Shown here: positions 38,381 to 51,317 of the stretch, one piece after another
Layout: each line of letters opens with the position of its first letter
Numbering within the stretch: the first letter of the stretch is position 1
Assembly (NCBI GenBank): GCA_036172245.1
Contig: JAYWIR010000001.1
Span: forward strand, 434,001 to 498,000
DNA from: Raillietiella orientalis
Lineage: Eukaryota
Direction: 5' to 3'
DNA: 64,000 nt
Position numbers and translations under genes: made by a program
Notes under the pieces: model-generated
Told to the model about the DNA's origin: nothing
Database searches by the model: none
What the model saw: only the letters and a program-made list of their open reading frames with translations

Positions 38381-40139
38381 AAAAAAAGTGGACCCGGTGG
38401 ACACTTGCTGATGCAACGGATCTGTTAGGAAGAAGTGGATTTAACGGAAACTACTGAGAGCCGATGATTCCAGTGAATTCCGAGCATCTAGTGGATCGAG
38501 TGGATCCGCTCCAGGAGGGGGGAGCATATCCGTCTCGGATTCGCGTGCGGAGCGGATGTGCCTGGCCAGCGCGGAGCACGCTGTCATGGCACCGTGCCAG
38601 GGTGCTGCCGCCATTCACGTGGACGAGCCTTTCTTTTCTTACCTTTCCACGAACCGCTTCTGTTTCGTCACCCAGGGCTCCTGGTCTTCGTCATCGACCT
38701 TGGCGAAGACCTCGGCTTCGGCGTTTGAGTTGATGTCCCGGGACACTCGCCCTGGAAACGGGAAGACCCCGTGCAGTCAGCGCTCGTGCTCCCAGAAGAC
38801 CCCGCCCGACTTGTCCGACTGGGGAGACGGCCCCGAGAACCGGCGCACCTGTACGCCGCTGCCGTGGTCGCCTTTGGCTCCACATGGGGGCGATCCGCAC
38901 GTGCAAAAAAAAATGGCATCACGAGCGGAGACCACAGCCACACGGCCGCCAACATGAGAGCAAGAAAATAGAGAAAAATAAATAAATAAATATGAAACGC
39001 ATCTTCCGTGCAGCATTTGCTAATTTATTAAGCTCTCGCTCCCCTAGCGGCTCCTCTCCCCTCGCTCCTTCCCCCATTTCGGAACCTACTCGAATGATGC
39101 TCCGCTAATTTGTCCCCTCCCCCAAAATTCTAGTGGACAAAGCAGTAAATACGCGAATGCTCTTCGAAAAGGAGCAGTCCATCCTTTGTCGTTCTATAGC
39201 AGCCCACGTACTGAAATGCTCCCACACACTTGGAACGACGGATAAATCCCGACTACACCAGTGTTGTTGTACTTCCGTTTCTCCTGCAAGAGGAATTCTC
39301 CCCCTCGTTCCAGAGAAATCAGATGCCGAAGGGCCAATTCCGACTCTCCCGTACGTGAGCACGAGGCAAATCGTCTTGTCCCCGAACTTTGTCCTGCGCT
39401 CGTCCCTAACCTCCCTGGCGTGCGCCGAATCTTCCTGCACGCACTCCCTGAGGAAATTCCCCGGGAAACTGCAACGGCCACCCACTGGTGCTGGGAAGTG
39501 GGTGCGCGTGCTTCCGGAACCACCGATCCTGGAGCCAAAGCTTGCCTCCTCCAAACAGATCTCCCTATCGTTCGGAAAAGCTCTCGTCTCTTCGGGTGAG
39601 CATGGAAACTGAAACGCGCGCCTCTTTTGTGTGTGTGTGTGATGTCACATGGGCGGTCGCACCGACAACTGCGTGACTTTGTTTCTGCAGATTGCTCTCT
39701 CGTGGCAGCAAGTTCAAGTCAGCCTTGAGAAGAAAAAAAAAAGCAGTCTCCACTGAAGATGCAGATGGAGATGGGCAGGGACTCGCAAAGGGTTGGTAAA
39801 CAAACAAAGGAGCAAGAAAACAGACGGACGGGCAAAAGCTTCCGACGTGTGTGACTCTTGAAGAAGCAAGGAGCGAAGGAACAAAACACGTCGCCGTTGG
39901 TGCGGATGGGTCCCCTGAAAATCCTAACAGACAGCGCCGCTTCTGACTTCTAATCTATGAGACAACGCAGGACGAGCGAAGAAAGCTTTGTCCGATGTGC
40001 AGGAAATGGATCCTTCCCTGTGATGATGGCAGGCGATGGCCTTTCGAGTCGAACGGCCTGGTTGATGCGTGGGTTTCTCTGCGTCGCGCGACTCTTCCAG
40101 CAGCCCTCTTGGCTCGCAAAGGCAGTTTCGAACCACGTG

Positions 40140-40860
40140 TGGTTTTCGTCCGGTGATGCCTGGGACGTTCACTTGAAAAATAAACCACGATTTAGGGAGG
40201 AGATTACGGATGCCGGATGCCTGGGCCAATTATGCCAAGAGAAGAACAAATGAAACAGAAGCTCATTGGGGATGGCTATCGGCACGCGGGCCGGCTTCTT
40301 TAAAAGTCCCCACTTTTAAAGGAGCGAAAAAACAATAAATAAATGAAAAGACGGGAGGACAGGGACAGGATTCTTCGGTTTCATGAGTCCCTTTTTTTCT
40401 AGAAGAGGCTGTTGGTCGCGGCGACTTCTCTAATGACTTCTTCTGGCAGATGAGACCACCTTGCAGCTGTCCTCGTGAAGGCGGCTGCCAGGCTGGTGGT
40501 CTCCTTTCGTAACGAACCTGACTCCAGCACGTGGCGGGCTGTCACCACGCCCGCGGAGGCAATGGTTGGTTGCCATCGTAGCTCCCGTCTTCAGCCCGCC
40601 TCTGGTGAAGAAGCGTCGCAGCAAGTCTAGAGCAGTGTCCTGCGCTTGTCGGAGAGAAGTCTCTGCCACAAGTCCTCCAGGGCATGGCACTCCAACAGGA
40701 GGTGCGGAAGCGATTCCCGCACTTAGGACAGCTCGGGGAGGCAATTCCCACGGAAGCCAGGTGTCTGCGCTGATTACACCGGAATCCCCAGTGCAGAAAC
40801 AGCAGAACATCCTGTTTTCACCGGAGCGGGAACACGGAGGTGTCCACACACAGAGGAGGA
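40140..40860 (-). mobile_element. LINE 3' end, same subfamily as 27690-28330
   Basis: Matching translated segments (CLRGRGD...GVRFVTKGDHQ..RLHEDSCKVVS.ARRSH); PSCPKCG cysteine pair. Confidence 0.65.
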
Positions 40861-40959
40861 ACCATGTTTTTTTCGGGGGCACACCAGCAGGTCACTCCCA
40901 CAAGAAGACCTCGAGTGGCCCCCAGCGCTGAAGAACAATCGGACTCTCCTCCTGAAGTG

Positions 40960-41400
40960 GCAGGAGTCGGCACTCCTGCTGTTGAACTGGAGTATCCCGT
41001 GCAACGCCCGCCGGTCTCACTGGACCCGGGAAGCTGTGAAACCCAACTGTTGCAGGTTCGGGGCATGGGAATCCCTCCCTCACCTGCTCGTAGACTGTGT
41101 TGATTTCCGCCGCCTGTGGTTGCATTACGCAACGGCCCTTGGGGCACCAAAGGACAATCCCAGGGACGTGTTGAAGTGCCTCTTCATGCACAACGCCCTT
41201 TCTCCTTCCGCTTCCCAGGCAGCTCTTTGCTGCTGCCTACGAGGGATTGTGGCGGTCTGGAGCTACGCGAGAGGAGGACGGCGTGATAGGGACGCTATCT
41301 GCTTCTTCCTGCGCTTCCTGCCGACGGCAGCAAGATGGCCCACCTGGGGCACACTCGGATGGAACTTGTCGGCATCCTGGAAAGGATGAAGAGGACATCC
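40960..41400 (+). mobile_element. L1/Tx1-like LINE ORF2 C-terminus (zf-RVT-like)
   Basis: PNCCRFGAWESLPHLLVDCVDFRRLWLH...AARWPTWG; the best-preserved copy of the C..E..H...C...W motif. Confidence 0.65.
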
Positions 41401-43269
41401 TCCAGACCCGGTGATCCCTTCCCTAACCATCCCAATTTTTTCGTATACAATTTTTTGTTTTATTTTTATTTTTGTTTGCCTTTCCGCCTCCTCCGCTGCC
41501 GAAGAGAATCTCGCCGGCTGCGTGTTGGTCACCCGGCAGGTTCCGAGTATTTTCGGACGATGTAGGGCCAATGACCCTACACATGTATGTTTATTTTTTA
41601 TAATAAACCTCCCAGCGTGACCGGGTGATAAACCAAGCAGGTGACTCCAGAGACGGAGTCCCTTTGTCCGGAAACGAGGCGTTCACCATCTCGCTCGTCT
41701 TGCAGCTGTCCAGGACGCAGTGTTGCAGGACAATTCCCACCCTCACGGATGGCTGCTGTTAACGTTTGCCCTTAGAGCAGACAGAGCAGCAGCAAGGGGT
41801 GTGACGGCTATCCGGGGCTACTGCATCCAATCCTACAGGAGATCTTCCAGCGGTTTGCGCGGGAGATTCCGCAGTGGTCGCAGTTGCTGTGGGCTCACTC
41901 CCAAAGAGGTGACTCGGGCTATCGCGGCTTAGGCTGTCCTGTCGCACGAGCAGATACCGTGAGAATCCGGGTTCCCTCTCTTGCGGGTGGCTTGAAGAAA
42001 GTGCTGGATCTCCGGCGAGGTCGCAGCTTTCATTCCGTCCAGGTTTTCCAGCATCCGCATCCGATGCATCCAAGATGAGACACGTGGAAGGGGGGGGGGG
42101 AGGGGAGACAGGGAAGGTTGAATAGTTGAATAGCTCTTTTAAGTGACCGACCTTTTATGAGAGTCCATGATGGATGATCAGGCATATGGGGGTTATGCTG
42201 CCCCGTGGACGCGCAGTATCTAGGTAAATATCTTGGCTACTTTATTTAATCCATATTAATAGGTCCCAAATGATGGTCTCCCCCTAGGAGGTTCTCGGAC
42301 TCCATCGATAAGCGTGTCAACCCGCTTCCTTTTCTTATCGTCTTCCGCAACAGTGTCGGGGCAATTCTTCGCCCCCTGTGTCTTCCGTGATCTTGTTCCC
42401 ACGTCACCAGCCGCTGTCTGCCAGCCAGTCGCTAGGGAAGGGCCACCGATCGTGGGCTGTGGCTTCTTTCCCGGCCCAGGATTCCTCTAGCCCCATCCTG
42501 CACACCCGGCGATCCTGGTATCCTGCTCTGTTTCATTTTTTTTTCCTCCTGCCTTTTCTTCCCCTCTCGGGAATCCCTGTGAAGCGCAGGATGCTCTTCC
42601 TCCGCGCTTCACGTTTGCATGTCCGCTGCTCGTGCGCAAGAAGGAGTAGGCCGACATTTTCCCAATGTGCTAAAAATAGAGGGGGATTCGTCACTGCTCG
42701 GCGCGCCAATCCAGGATGTGGGCGAGCTAGCAAAAGGGAACCGCTTGCCACCGCGAGCGCAAAGGAGGAAAGAATGCTCTCGAAAACACCCTCGCTCCCC
42801 TCCGTGACTTCCTTTTTTTTGGAAGGGGGTTCGCTGAGTCCTGGAGGACCGTCTGCCCGGCGGCCCGCAAAGCTCTTCTGCATCGCCCACGCCGACGCCA
42901 GGGGGTGAGAAGCGCAGGATCCAGGAATGCTCCAGGGAAAGGGGAGTCCATTCCCCTCGCGCTTGGGAGGGCACTCTGAATAAAACCACCACTTCCTCGT
43001 TCTCTCCGGAGGGACTCCCTGGTTTGTGAGGAGGGATGGTAGTAGGTCTCCGATTTCCGCCCTGGCACGCCGGGACGTTTGTTGAAATTTGAAATGACCC
43101 CACAAGCTGTGGTGGGATGCGTGATCCGACCACGCTCCGTTTGTCCACGGACCCGCCGGTCGTCAGTGTGCAGACTGGAGGGGGGAGGCACCTCGACAGC
43201 GGAGGGGGAGGGAGAAAACAGAAGGAAATATAAAAAATAAAAAGGAATCTTTGGAAGGGTCGAGAAGGG

Positions 43270-43720
43270 ATCACATTGTCTGCTGGAGGGAGCCCTCTGC
43301 ATCCTTTCCAGGATGCCGGCTGGGTTGTCCGAATAGGTCCCCGTTGGAGCCATCGCGGACTGGACGAGTCCCTTCCATTTCTTCCTCCTTCATCGTCACC
43401 TCAGGCCTGCAGGACAGTCCCGCGGATGACGCAGAGCGCTGCTGCGACTGGCTGCAAAGAGTTCCGCACGAAGAGAAGCCGTGAAACGTCCCTGGGGGGA
43501 GCTGCCAACCGGGGTATGTAGGGCCGTCCTGAAATGCTCCCAGGGATCGGAGGGCAACGCGGTCCACGAGCAGCTGCGGGAGGGGGATTTCACTTTCTCC
43601 GCGCCTGAGACAGTCCGGTCTCGTCCCCACCTCCCGGGTCCAGTGGTGTCGAAGTGCGTCGTAGAGAAGACCCAGAGCGACAGCATCAGTAGTGCCGACT
43701 CCTGCTGCTCCTAGGAAAGG
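43270..43720 (-). mobile_element. LINE ORF2 C-terminus, homologue of 40960-41400
   Basis: LYDALRHHWTREVGTRPDC...LPQLLVD.VALRSLWEHF and shared ggcatcctggaaaggatg end. Confidence 0.6.
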
Positions 43721-43829
43721 GAGCTGCTGTCCTTGAGCACCGGGACTCACTCCAAGTCTCCGCTAGGAATGCCGAGCAGCTCGCCCCACGCTGTAGTCCT
43801 CGAGGAAGGGCACTCAGGGTCGCAGCATC

Positions 43830-44485
43830 CGTCAGGGAACCCGGAAGTGATCCTCCTCTGAAGAGGACCCCTGAGAAACGCTTCCTGATTTCCCTGAAGG
43901 GTCGCTCCCAGAAGGGAGCGGCCCTCTGGAGAGGATATCAATCCACCAGATCCGTGGTCCGAGATGGGGCACATTCAGCTGCTGCCAAAACTGCCCTCTT
44001 CTAGAAGGTATTCCTGCATCCCACCGTGCAGCTGGGTGACCTTGCCAATGGACCCAACGGATATCCCGGCTGTGAATGATGCAGGATGACAACTCGCATC
44101 GTGATGGAGTGGAGTCTGGAAACTCCAGGACCCCGAAGGACTCCATCCTTCGCGGGATCCCACAGAGCAAAGGTTGCAGACCCCCTGAGGGAGGTGAGGG
44201 CGTCTCCATTCCCACAACCGATGGGGAACCCCGAAGGGCTTCTGGATGTTCTGGAAGGATCCCGGAAGCCAGAGCGACAGGGCTTCCGTCTTCCACCGGT
44301 GGCTCCTCACCCGAACATGGGCCATCCAGCATCATCTCGCGAGGGGGACTCGAAACCCAAGACGACTCACCCTCTCTCCCTTCCTTCCTTTGTCTGAGTC
44401 GATCTTTCCTTCCCCAGGGCGGGATTCGAACCCGCTACTCTCTGACCGCAATCAGATACGCGCGCCGACGCGGGAGACCCTTCAC
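43830..44485 (-). mobile_element. tRNA-derived SINE (copy F, rearranged)
   Basis: Intact B-box (gggattcgaacccgc, 44421-44435) and shared catcatctcgcgagggggactcgaaacccaagacg segment. Confidence 0.65.
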
Positions 44486-47400
44486 AGTTTCGAACCAAGG
44501 GAAACTGCCCGTGGGTACCCATCGCAACGACTCCCCCTACTCGAAATCTCGCGGATTTTCGTGAATCAAAATCGTAGTGCCTCCCCCCCCCCCCCCATTC
44601 TTCCCTGAATCGCTGTTAATCCCTGTTACATTACAGACGGACTTTACTGGCTGAATAATGAAATAAATAAATAATTTTTTTTTCCAGATGGATCCTCGTG
44701 CGATAGTTGAGGGTGCAAGAGCATCCCGGTTCCCGATCCGGGATGAAATCCCAAAAGCAGAGGGAATTCTCCCGGAGTCCCCGGGTCTGTCATGGGGTTT
44801 CTCTCCCTCTTTTCTCCGGATTCTTTAGATCCTTTCCAGGCGACGAGGGGCCTCACGGCGAAATGGGCACTTGAACGCTTAGAGAAGGGCTACTCCGGGA
44901 GCTGCGAACCCCCCTTCTCCCCCACCTCTGTTCGGGGGTCGGGAAGGGGGAAAAAAAAATCCATAGTCCGCGTTCCGTTCCCGGAAGCCGAACTGTTGGC
45001 GGAGCGAGACGTGCAGATGCGAACAGCTTCCTCTGCAGCAGCACGGTCCTGGCAGATGTACCCCAAACCAGTACAGCGGCTGAAAAACTTGTAAAGATGA
45101 GCGCCAAGTCATCCCGGTGCCAGTAATTCATCCGTATGTGCTCCAACGTTCCCTTTCGAGTGCGTCTCTTCGCGAACCGGCGTCTACCAAGCATGGTTGC
45201 GGCACGGACTCGCTGGTGCTCCCCGCTGGTGACCAATCCGTAGCGGATCTCCCGAGATGGAAGGCAATCATGCGGCCCAAGGTATGGAGCGTTCGTTCCC
45301 CTCCGTCGTAGGGCTGTTCCGTGGGACGCCGTGCTGGTCGCGAAGGGCGTCTCGCTATCTCCTATCGGTGAGCACCCTTTGTGTGTGGCGCTCCTCGCAT
45401 GGACACGCGTGCGGCCCGTACAAGAAGGGGGAGGTCTGCTCCCTCAGGCCGCGCGTCCGCTGGAAGCTCAGGGCGGCGATTTTCCCCTGCACGTCCCTTG
45501 TTACGGTGGCAGCGGCGAAACGTCCGGTTCCAGGGAGGGTGTGTAGTGGGGGAGAGCAACAGGGAACAGGGGAGTCAGGTCGGTGCCCGGACTTGCGAAA
45601 GACGTGCGACCACGCGCACTCTGACGCCCCCGGTCACCAATGGGAGACGCAGAGTCAACAATCTGCTTGATCTCAGACCGCCTCTTAGGTCACCCTCGAT
45701 GAGCGGAGTTTCTCTATACCGTCTCTTGTAAGTGCCAAAGAGCAATCGCGCCGTATCGCTTCCTCCTCCTCCTCCTTGTTCTTTTTGGGGGCGATCGAAA
45801 GGGCAAGCAGATTCTCGGCGCGTTGTCCTTCGTTGGGGACTGGGGGCGCCGGCGTTCGCCCACCAAGTGCTGGAGTTGCGGTGGATTTTCATTCCAGAAA
45901 CTTCCAGTGCTTCTCCAGCGCACCGCGCGGCTGCGCAGCCCCTGCTGGTACGAAGCCGCGCAGCTGCTCGCGTGAGCGGCTGCCATGCTGTTCGTGACTT
46001 CGTCGACGACGATGCTGATGCTTCAGGAAATCGAAGTGGATTCGAAGATGGGTGCAATATCTCCGGCGCAGCGGCATCTCCGTGTCTCTCTCTCCCCGAA
46101 CCGCTCGAGGCACATCTCGCGCGGACCCCGGAGCGAAACGGGGGGAAGGGAAACCGCTATCCGGGTGCTTCCTGCATGACGAGCGCGAAGTCGTTAGGAA
46201 GTGGTCAGTGTCACCAGTACGTTGCGACCTGATTGGGGAGGGGGCGCGCGTGTGGATTACAGAGATTAGAAAAAGAAAAATCAAACGAATCTCCTGCGCA
46301 ATAAATCTGAATGATGTCGTCCGAATTTCGGAAAGAAAAAAAAAAAGGAAAATTCGGGTAATCAGAAATCGCAACGTTGGCTTCTTTCTCACGTCTTTCG
46401 ACACGAAGTGGTTTCCGACATCCGGTCAAAGAGCTCGTGCCGGGATGAATTTTGATGCGAGCGAGCTAAAAATAGAACGCCTCATTGAGGAATTTCCCTA
46501 CGAAAACAGGGAGCTTTTTCCCGGTCACCGGCGATGGGAGGCGCACATTCTTTCGGGCTGCTTCTCCTCCTCCTCGAAACGAACTCCTGGCTTTCCATGA
46601 AGATGTGGAACGGAAAAAAGGGACATCCTGGTGGAAAAAATTCCCAGGAAGATTTTTTTTTTTCTTCTGTGCAGCCGATGAGTTGGTTGCCTACCACATA
46701 AGATCTCGTACCCCCCGAAATGATGAATCCTCCCAGCATCCGAATGCACCCGAGGAACGAGCTCGTGGCATCCCTTCCTTGGCGGCCATCCAGGGAAAAC
46801 GCGCTCCCCCGGCGCTGAAAATGTGCCGCCGGTTCCCCGCACACAGGACGGGAGCCTCCGCAGCCGAGGCAGACATCCGCACTTGGGCTCCCGCGCGCTC
46901 TCGGTAAGGGAGAGAGGGGAAAAGGAAGTGGAAGGAAGATGCTCGCACCTGGTGGTCATCTGAGATCCCTCGACCCGAAAGACGGGTGCCGTAACCCGTT
47001 GGGCACGGAAGGTTTAAAAGTCGCTCTTTCCGAACGACTGCGGACTGCTCCGAAATGGGTCGCTTCAGAAGACCCCCTAGGCTCTAAAAAAAAAGAAACG
47101 TGCGCGTGCGCTTGCACACACAGGGTGTTCGAGAGGAACGCGCGCGCTCGGACACGTGGCTACTTTTTGGCTTGCAGCATCGTTCTGCTGACCAGGATAA
47201 AACCAAAGCAAAAAAATTCTTCCACGAAGTTTTCGGCAGCGGCACCGCGGAAAGATTTTCGTGCCAGCAAAAATTAAAAATAAAAATGCAGTGTACGCAT
47301 CCAGGCGAGCTCCTGTGAGCCCAGTGTCCACCCCTTGATTTTCTGGAAGCAGGAGGGAGGGAGGGCCCTCCAGGAGAACGATGGTCCGGGCAGACGAGAG

Positions 47401-48224
47401 CTCGCTGCGAGATGGCAACCCTGTGCTCTCTGTTTCCGTCAGCAGACAAGGTTCGGCTCAGAGAACGGGAGGAAGGGGGGAGGGAGGAGGAAGGCTCCAT
47501 TCAGCAGCAGCATCCCCGAAGTTTCGCGTAAGAGAGACGCTATTCCAGCCTCTCCTCCTGATCTGAAAATAGATGCATATTTATGAAGCCCGCTGCTCTA
47601 GACGTTTGGCAGGACGTGGAGCGGATTCGATTTGCAGCCCCTGATCTGATCGCTGATTATTGCACGCTCTGGGCCTGCAATCAAACATGCGAACGGAGCA
47701 GCACCGGCGATCATATCCCCGAAGAGATAAATAAAAGGAAAGCTGCGCTCTGGACGGAAGACATTCCTCGTAACCGTGGGAAACGTAGTTTCATCCGGTC
47801 CGTCTCGGACGCACCTCCAAAACCGCGTTCAGGCTTCAATCTCACGAAATACCTTCTCTTTCTTCTTCTCTACTCCTCCTCCTCCTTGTTCTTGTCCTCC
47901 TCCTTCTCCTTCTCCTTGTTCTTCTTCTTCTTGTCCTTTTTGTTGATGCCTTTCGCACCGAAGCGTGGGCTCTCAGAGGTTCCAGATCCCAGCATGAGGT
48001 CATCCAACGGCCACAAAGCATTCCACCAAAGGGCGATCGAAGTGAACCACGAGGTCTGGACGATGCATGCCGAGGAGTCTTCTCGAACGCACACGTGGGT
48101 TCTCTTTTTTTTGCTTCGCAAAGTGCTGAAGAGCCGACGACTCGTGAAGCTCTTTGACGCTGTGCAAGCAACCCCGAGATAAGTGTGGATTCTTCAAGTT
48201 GGGGGTAGCCTTCCTGCGTTCATA

Positions 48225-48790
48225 GGGGATCCCTCCGGGGTGATCCTATGAACGCAGGAAGGCTACGGAGGAAGGAGTCCGCTCCTCCTACGGTCAGGAG
48301 GGGAACCCTGAAGGGAACCTCTTCCTTGTTCTCTCCGGAAAGGATCAGCTCCTGAATTCCTTCTCTGAGGATGACCTGCTTCCTTCTCTGAAGAGCTCTG
48401 AAACACCCCGAAGGTACGCTTCCAGGGTTCTCTGAAGGACGCTCCCCCAAGAAAGCACCGCGCTTCTTACGCTCAGAAGAGGCAACCTACCGAGAGGGGG
48501 CATCAGCCAGCTCCATGGTACGGCTGTATTTTCCCAACCAGAGGAGAACCCTGAAGGACTCCTTGATTCCTGGAATGACCCAGAAGGGACAGCTCCCGAT
48601 CTCGGCCAGTCAACGGGGGCATCCGGTTTCCGCCAGTGACGCCTCGCCCGAAGCCAACCGAAGACAGCCAGAGCGCTGTCCTGGGGGAGGACTCGAAACC
48701 TCACGACGCACCACCACTCGTTCTCGCCTTCCTCGGGAGGGATTCCAACTCACAACCGCTCGGTACCACGCCGGCAGAGGCCGCAGCCAA
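48225..48790 (-). mobile_element. tRNA-derived SINE (copy G)
   Basis: Body matches copies B and E (cagctccatggta.cggct...ccttgattcctggaa...gtcaacgggggcatccggtttcc); degenerate B-box gggattccaac. Confidence 0.7.
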
Positions 48791-49889
48791 CGACGCGGCT
48801 GACGGTACACGCCGAGGCGCCTTCTTGAACGTGGCGATGGCAGGGCGAACTGCTTCTTCCGTGTCCCTCCGACAGCCCGGCACGCGCCCTGACGTGCTCC
48901 CAGAGCGACAAGCCGCAGGTTGCGAACGGCCCGGCCCGCAACTTCCGTCGGCAGGGGTTCAAGCGCACGTCTGACCCGACCCCGATCCGATGCATCCGTC
49001 TGGCTCCGGTCCAAGACCACAGGTGGACGGACTCTCCTCCTGCCCTTCACGCTTACCGAACGTCTCTTCCGGCAGCGCGCGGCAGCTCGACGTCGGGGAA
49101 TCTCGGGAACCTCCGAGACGGAAGACGTGCTGCTGTCGAAGGGAAATGACCATGCTGCTGGATGGCCGTTCCCATGAGGAAGCTCCTAGGCAGAAGCGCC
49201 GGCAGTAGCAACAAAAGAAGGGAAAAAAGGCGGAAATCGATGTCTTTTAACATCAGTCCGGGAACTCAGGCGTTTGTCCCCCCTCCTTCCCCTTGGAACC
49301 TCTCCGACGAGGGCAACTGCTGTCCATCAAGAAACGTGAATTCCCAGGGAGGCCCGCTCAGTCACTTCAGATGCATTTCCTGGAACATTTCTTCGTCCCG
49401 GTCAGCAACGAAGGGATTTCTTCTTATTTCAACGAAGCATTTCTTTCGTCCCACTCTTGCTCTTCTTTCATTCTCGCTCTTTGTTTTTCAGGAGGATGGT
49501 CAGCCGGCCCACCATCCACCTGCAGCGTTTGCGGCGCTTCCGCCTCTGTCCGCCTTCTCCTTCCTCCGCGGGTTGTACGACGAAAACGGAAGCGACGGTG
49601 CCGTGGCGAACGAGAAATCCGAGCTAGCTCCCGCGCGCACATCGCGCTCGACTTTCGTCCCGGATTTCTCCCCCGAACTTCCCTTACATCCTCTTCGCAT
49701 CTTTTACGGAGCTCTCCACCGCTCCACTCGTGTTGATGATGTCTCGGAGATCCTCGCTTAGCATCCCTCTCGTCATTGCATCCTCCTAGGCCCTTTTTCC
49801 CACTTGCTTCCCACCGCCTGCGCTCTGCGCGCTCCCGCCGCAGATGTGGCTGGGGCGGACCCGACGTAGCGCGACGCGAGTGTCGAGCG

Positions 49890-50310
49890 GTAGGAAGGAG
49901 GAAGAGGAAGGAGGAAGGCACCCCTGCATAGAGTTACGTTGCCGTAGAAACAGGGCATAGATGGGAAGAGTTGTGAGTTGCATAAATGGGGATCTCCCTA
50001 TAGGACCAGAGGGATACTCCAGAGGGATATTCTTACAATCCAGGAGACGCCTCTTCCTCTTCCTCCTTTTCTCTCTCACTCCTGCTTTTCCCTTTCTCTT
50101 CCTCTTCTTCCACTCACTCTTCCCTTCTTCCTCCTCCTTTCCTCTTTTTCCTCTTCTACTTTTCCTCCTCTTCCACCTCCTTCTCATTTCCTCTTTCTTT
50201 CCTTCTTCTTCCCCATTCCTCCTCTTCTTCCATTTGTCCTTCACCTCGTTGTCCTCCCTTCCTCCTCTTCCTCTTTTTTTATTCTCTCTCTTCCTTTCCT
50301 TTTCTTCCAT
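49890..50310 (+). repeat. Dispersed repeat: ~160-bp core plus pyrimidine (CTT/CCT) tract, copy 1
   Basis: gagttacgttgccgtagaaacagggcatagatgggaagagttgtgag is identical in the copy at 53428-53880; both run into caatccaggagacgc..tcttcctcttcctccttttctctctcact. Confidence 0.85.
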
Positions 50311-51061
50311 CTCCGCGGTGGCAGATGGGACTGGTCCGACGCAGCGCGCTGCGAGCGACGAAGACGAATCCCGGGTTCCATCTTCGCTCATACGAACCGC
50401 TGCCCCGGGAGCCTCCCAGCTGGCTATTCAGTGACGCACGAAGGCGTGGAAAATTACAGGACGGGTGGGAATTCGAGCGGGGGTGTTCTCGAAAGAGATC
50501 GCTCCATGGGTCGTTCCTGCAGGAAGACGAAGAGCCCCGGACATGAGCAAAGACTCGTGTGGCACTGCCCTCCGATTCCAGCATGACAGCGGCACCTACC
50601 GCCTCTACTACTGGAACCCCTCGAAGAGCCTTGGTGGATATTCCTGGGGGCAGCGTGGGGGCTTCTCGTGTCTTTGCGCCTTCGAGTCTATCGGCTCAGT
50701 CAGGTGGTTCGATGGAAACGCCGCTCCCTGCGAACGCACGGCGCCAATGCCGTTCTTCAACAGGTTGCGGAGATCTAATGGCTCCTTCTGCCCCAAGGGG
50801 GAGAGAGGGGAGAGGGAGGGCAACGTACGGCGCCGCAGGGGCCGACCCTGCCGTTTTTCAAGGCGGCCTTCGCGCTACACTTTGCGATCCCGGGCACCAG
50901 CGGAGGGGCGTCCCAGACGCAGGGAGACGGTCCGCTTGGACGGAGAGGAAATCCAGGAGTAGGGGCAGGAGAGAGAGGAACGAGACTGCGCCAGAAGCAA
51001 AGGGGACGACGGGATCCAGGGAAAAGTCGGGGAGAGGTTGCTCTGCGGCTCGTCTTGACGA

Positions 51062-51317
51062 ATGGGCATCCATGGATCCCCCGGGGGCAGCCAAAGACCG
51101 AACCTCAACCACTCGCACCGGGATCGCAGACTAGGCGGCCGCTTTTCCTCTCACTCTTCCCACCCGGTGCACGCCGGGATTGACGTGACCCTGTCAGGCC
51201 TGGAGGGGAGAAGCGAAGGGGCACCCGAACGAGACAACTCCTCGACCGACAGCAGCCCGAGCATCATGATCGAAGCGTCCCGAGAGCAAGACTTCGCGAA
51301 CGATTGCGAACCAACAG
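51062..51317 (+). CDS. Candidate upstream (first coding) exon of Cav1
   Basis: ATG at 51062 (alternative ATG at 51266), open to ACAG|gtacga at 51317. The phase-1 donor is compatible with the phase-1 acceptor at 56646. No homology support. Confidence 0.2.

Noticed and set aside
42140..42320. Possible C/D snoRNA or organellar insert (compositionally distinct block)
   Set aside because: No proper box C/D pair with terminal stem and no recognisable organellar gene.
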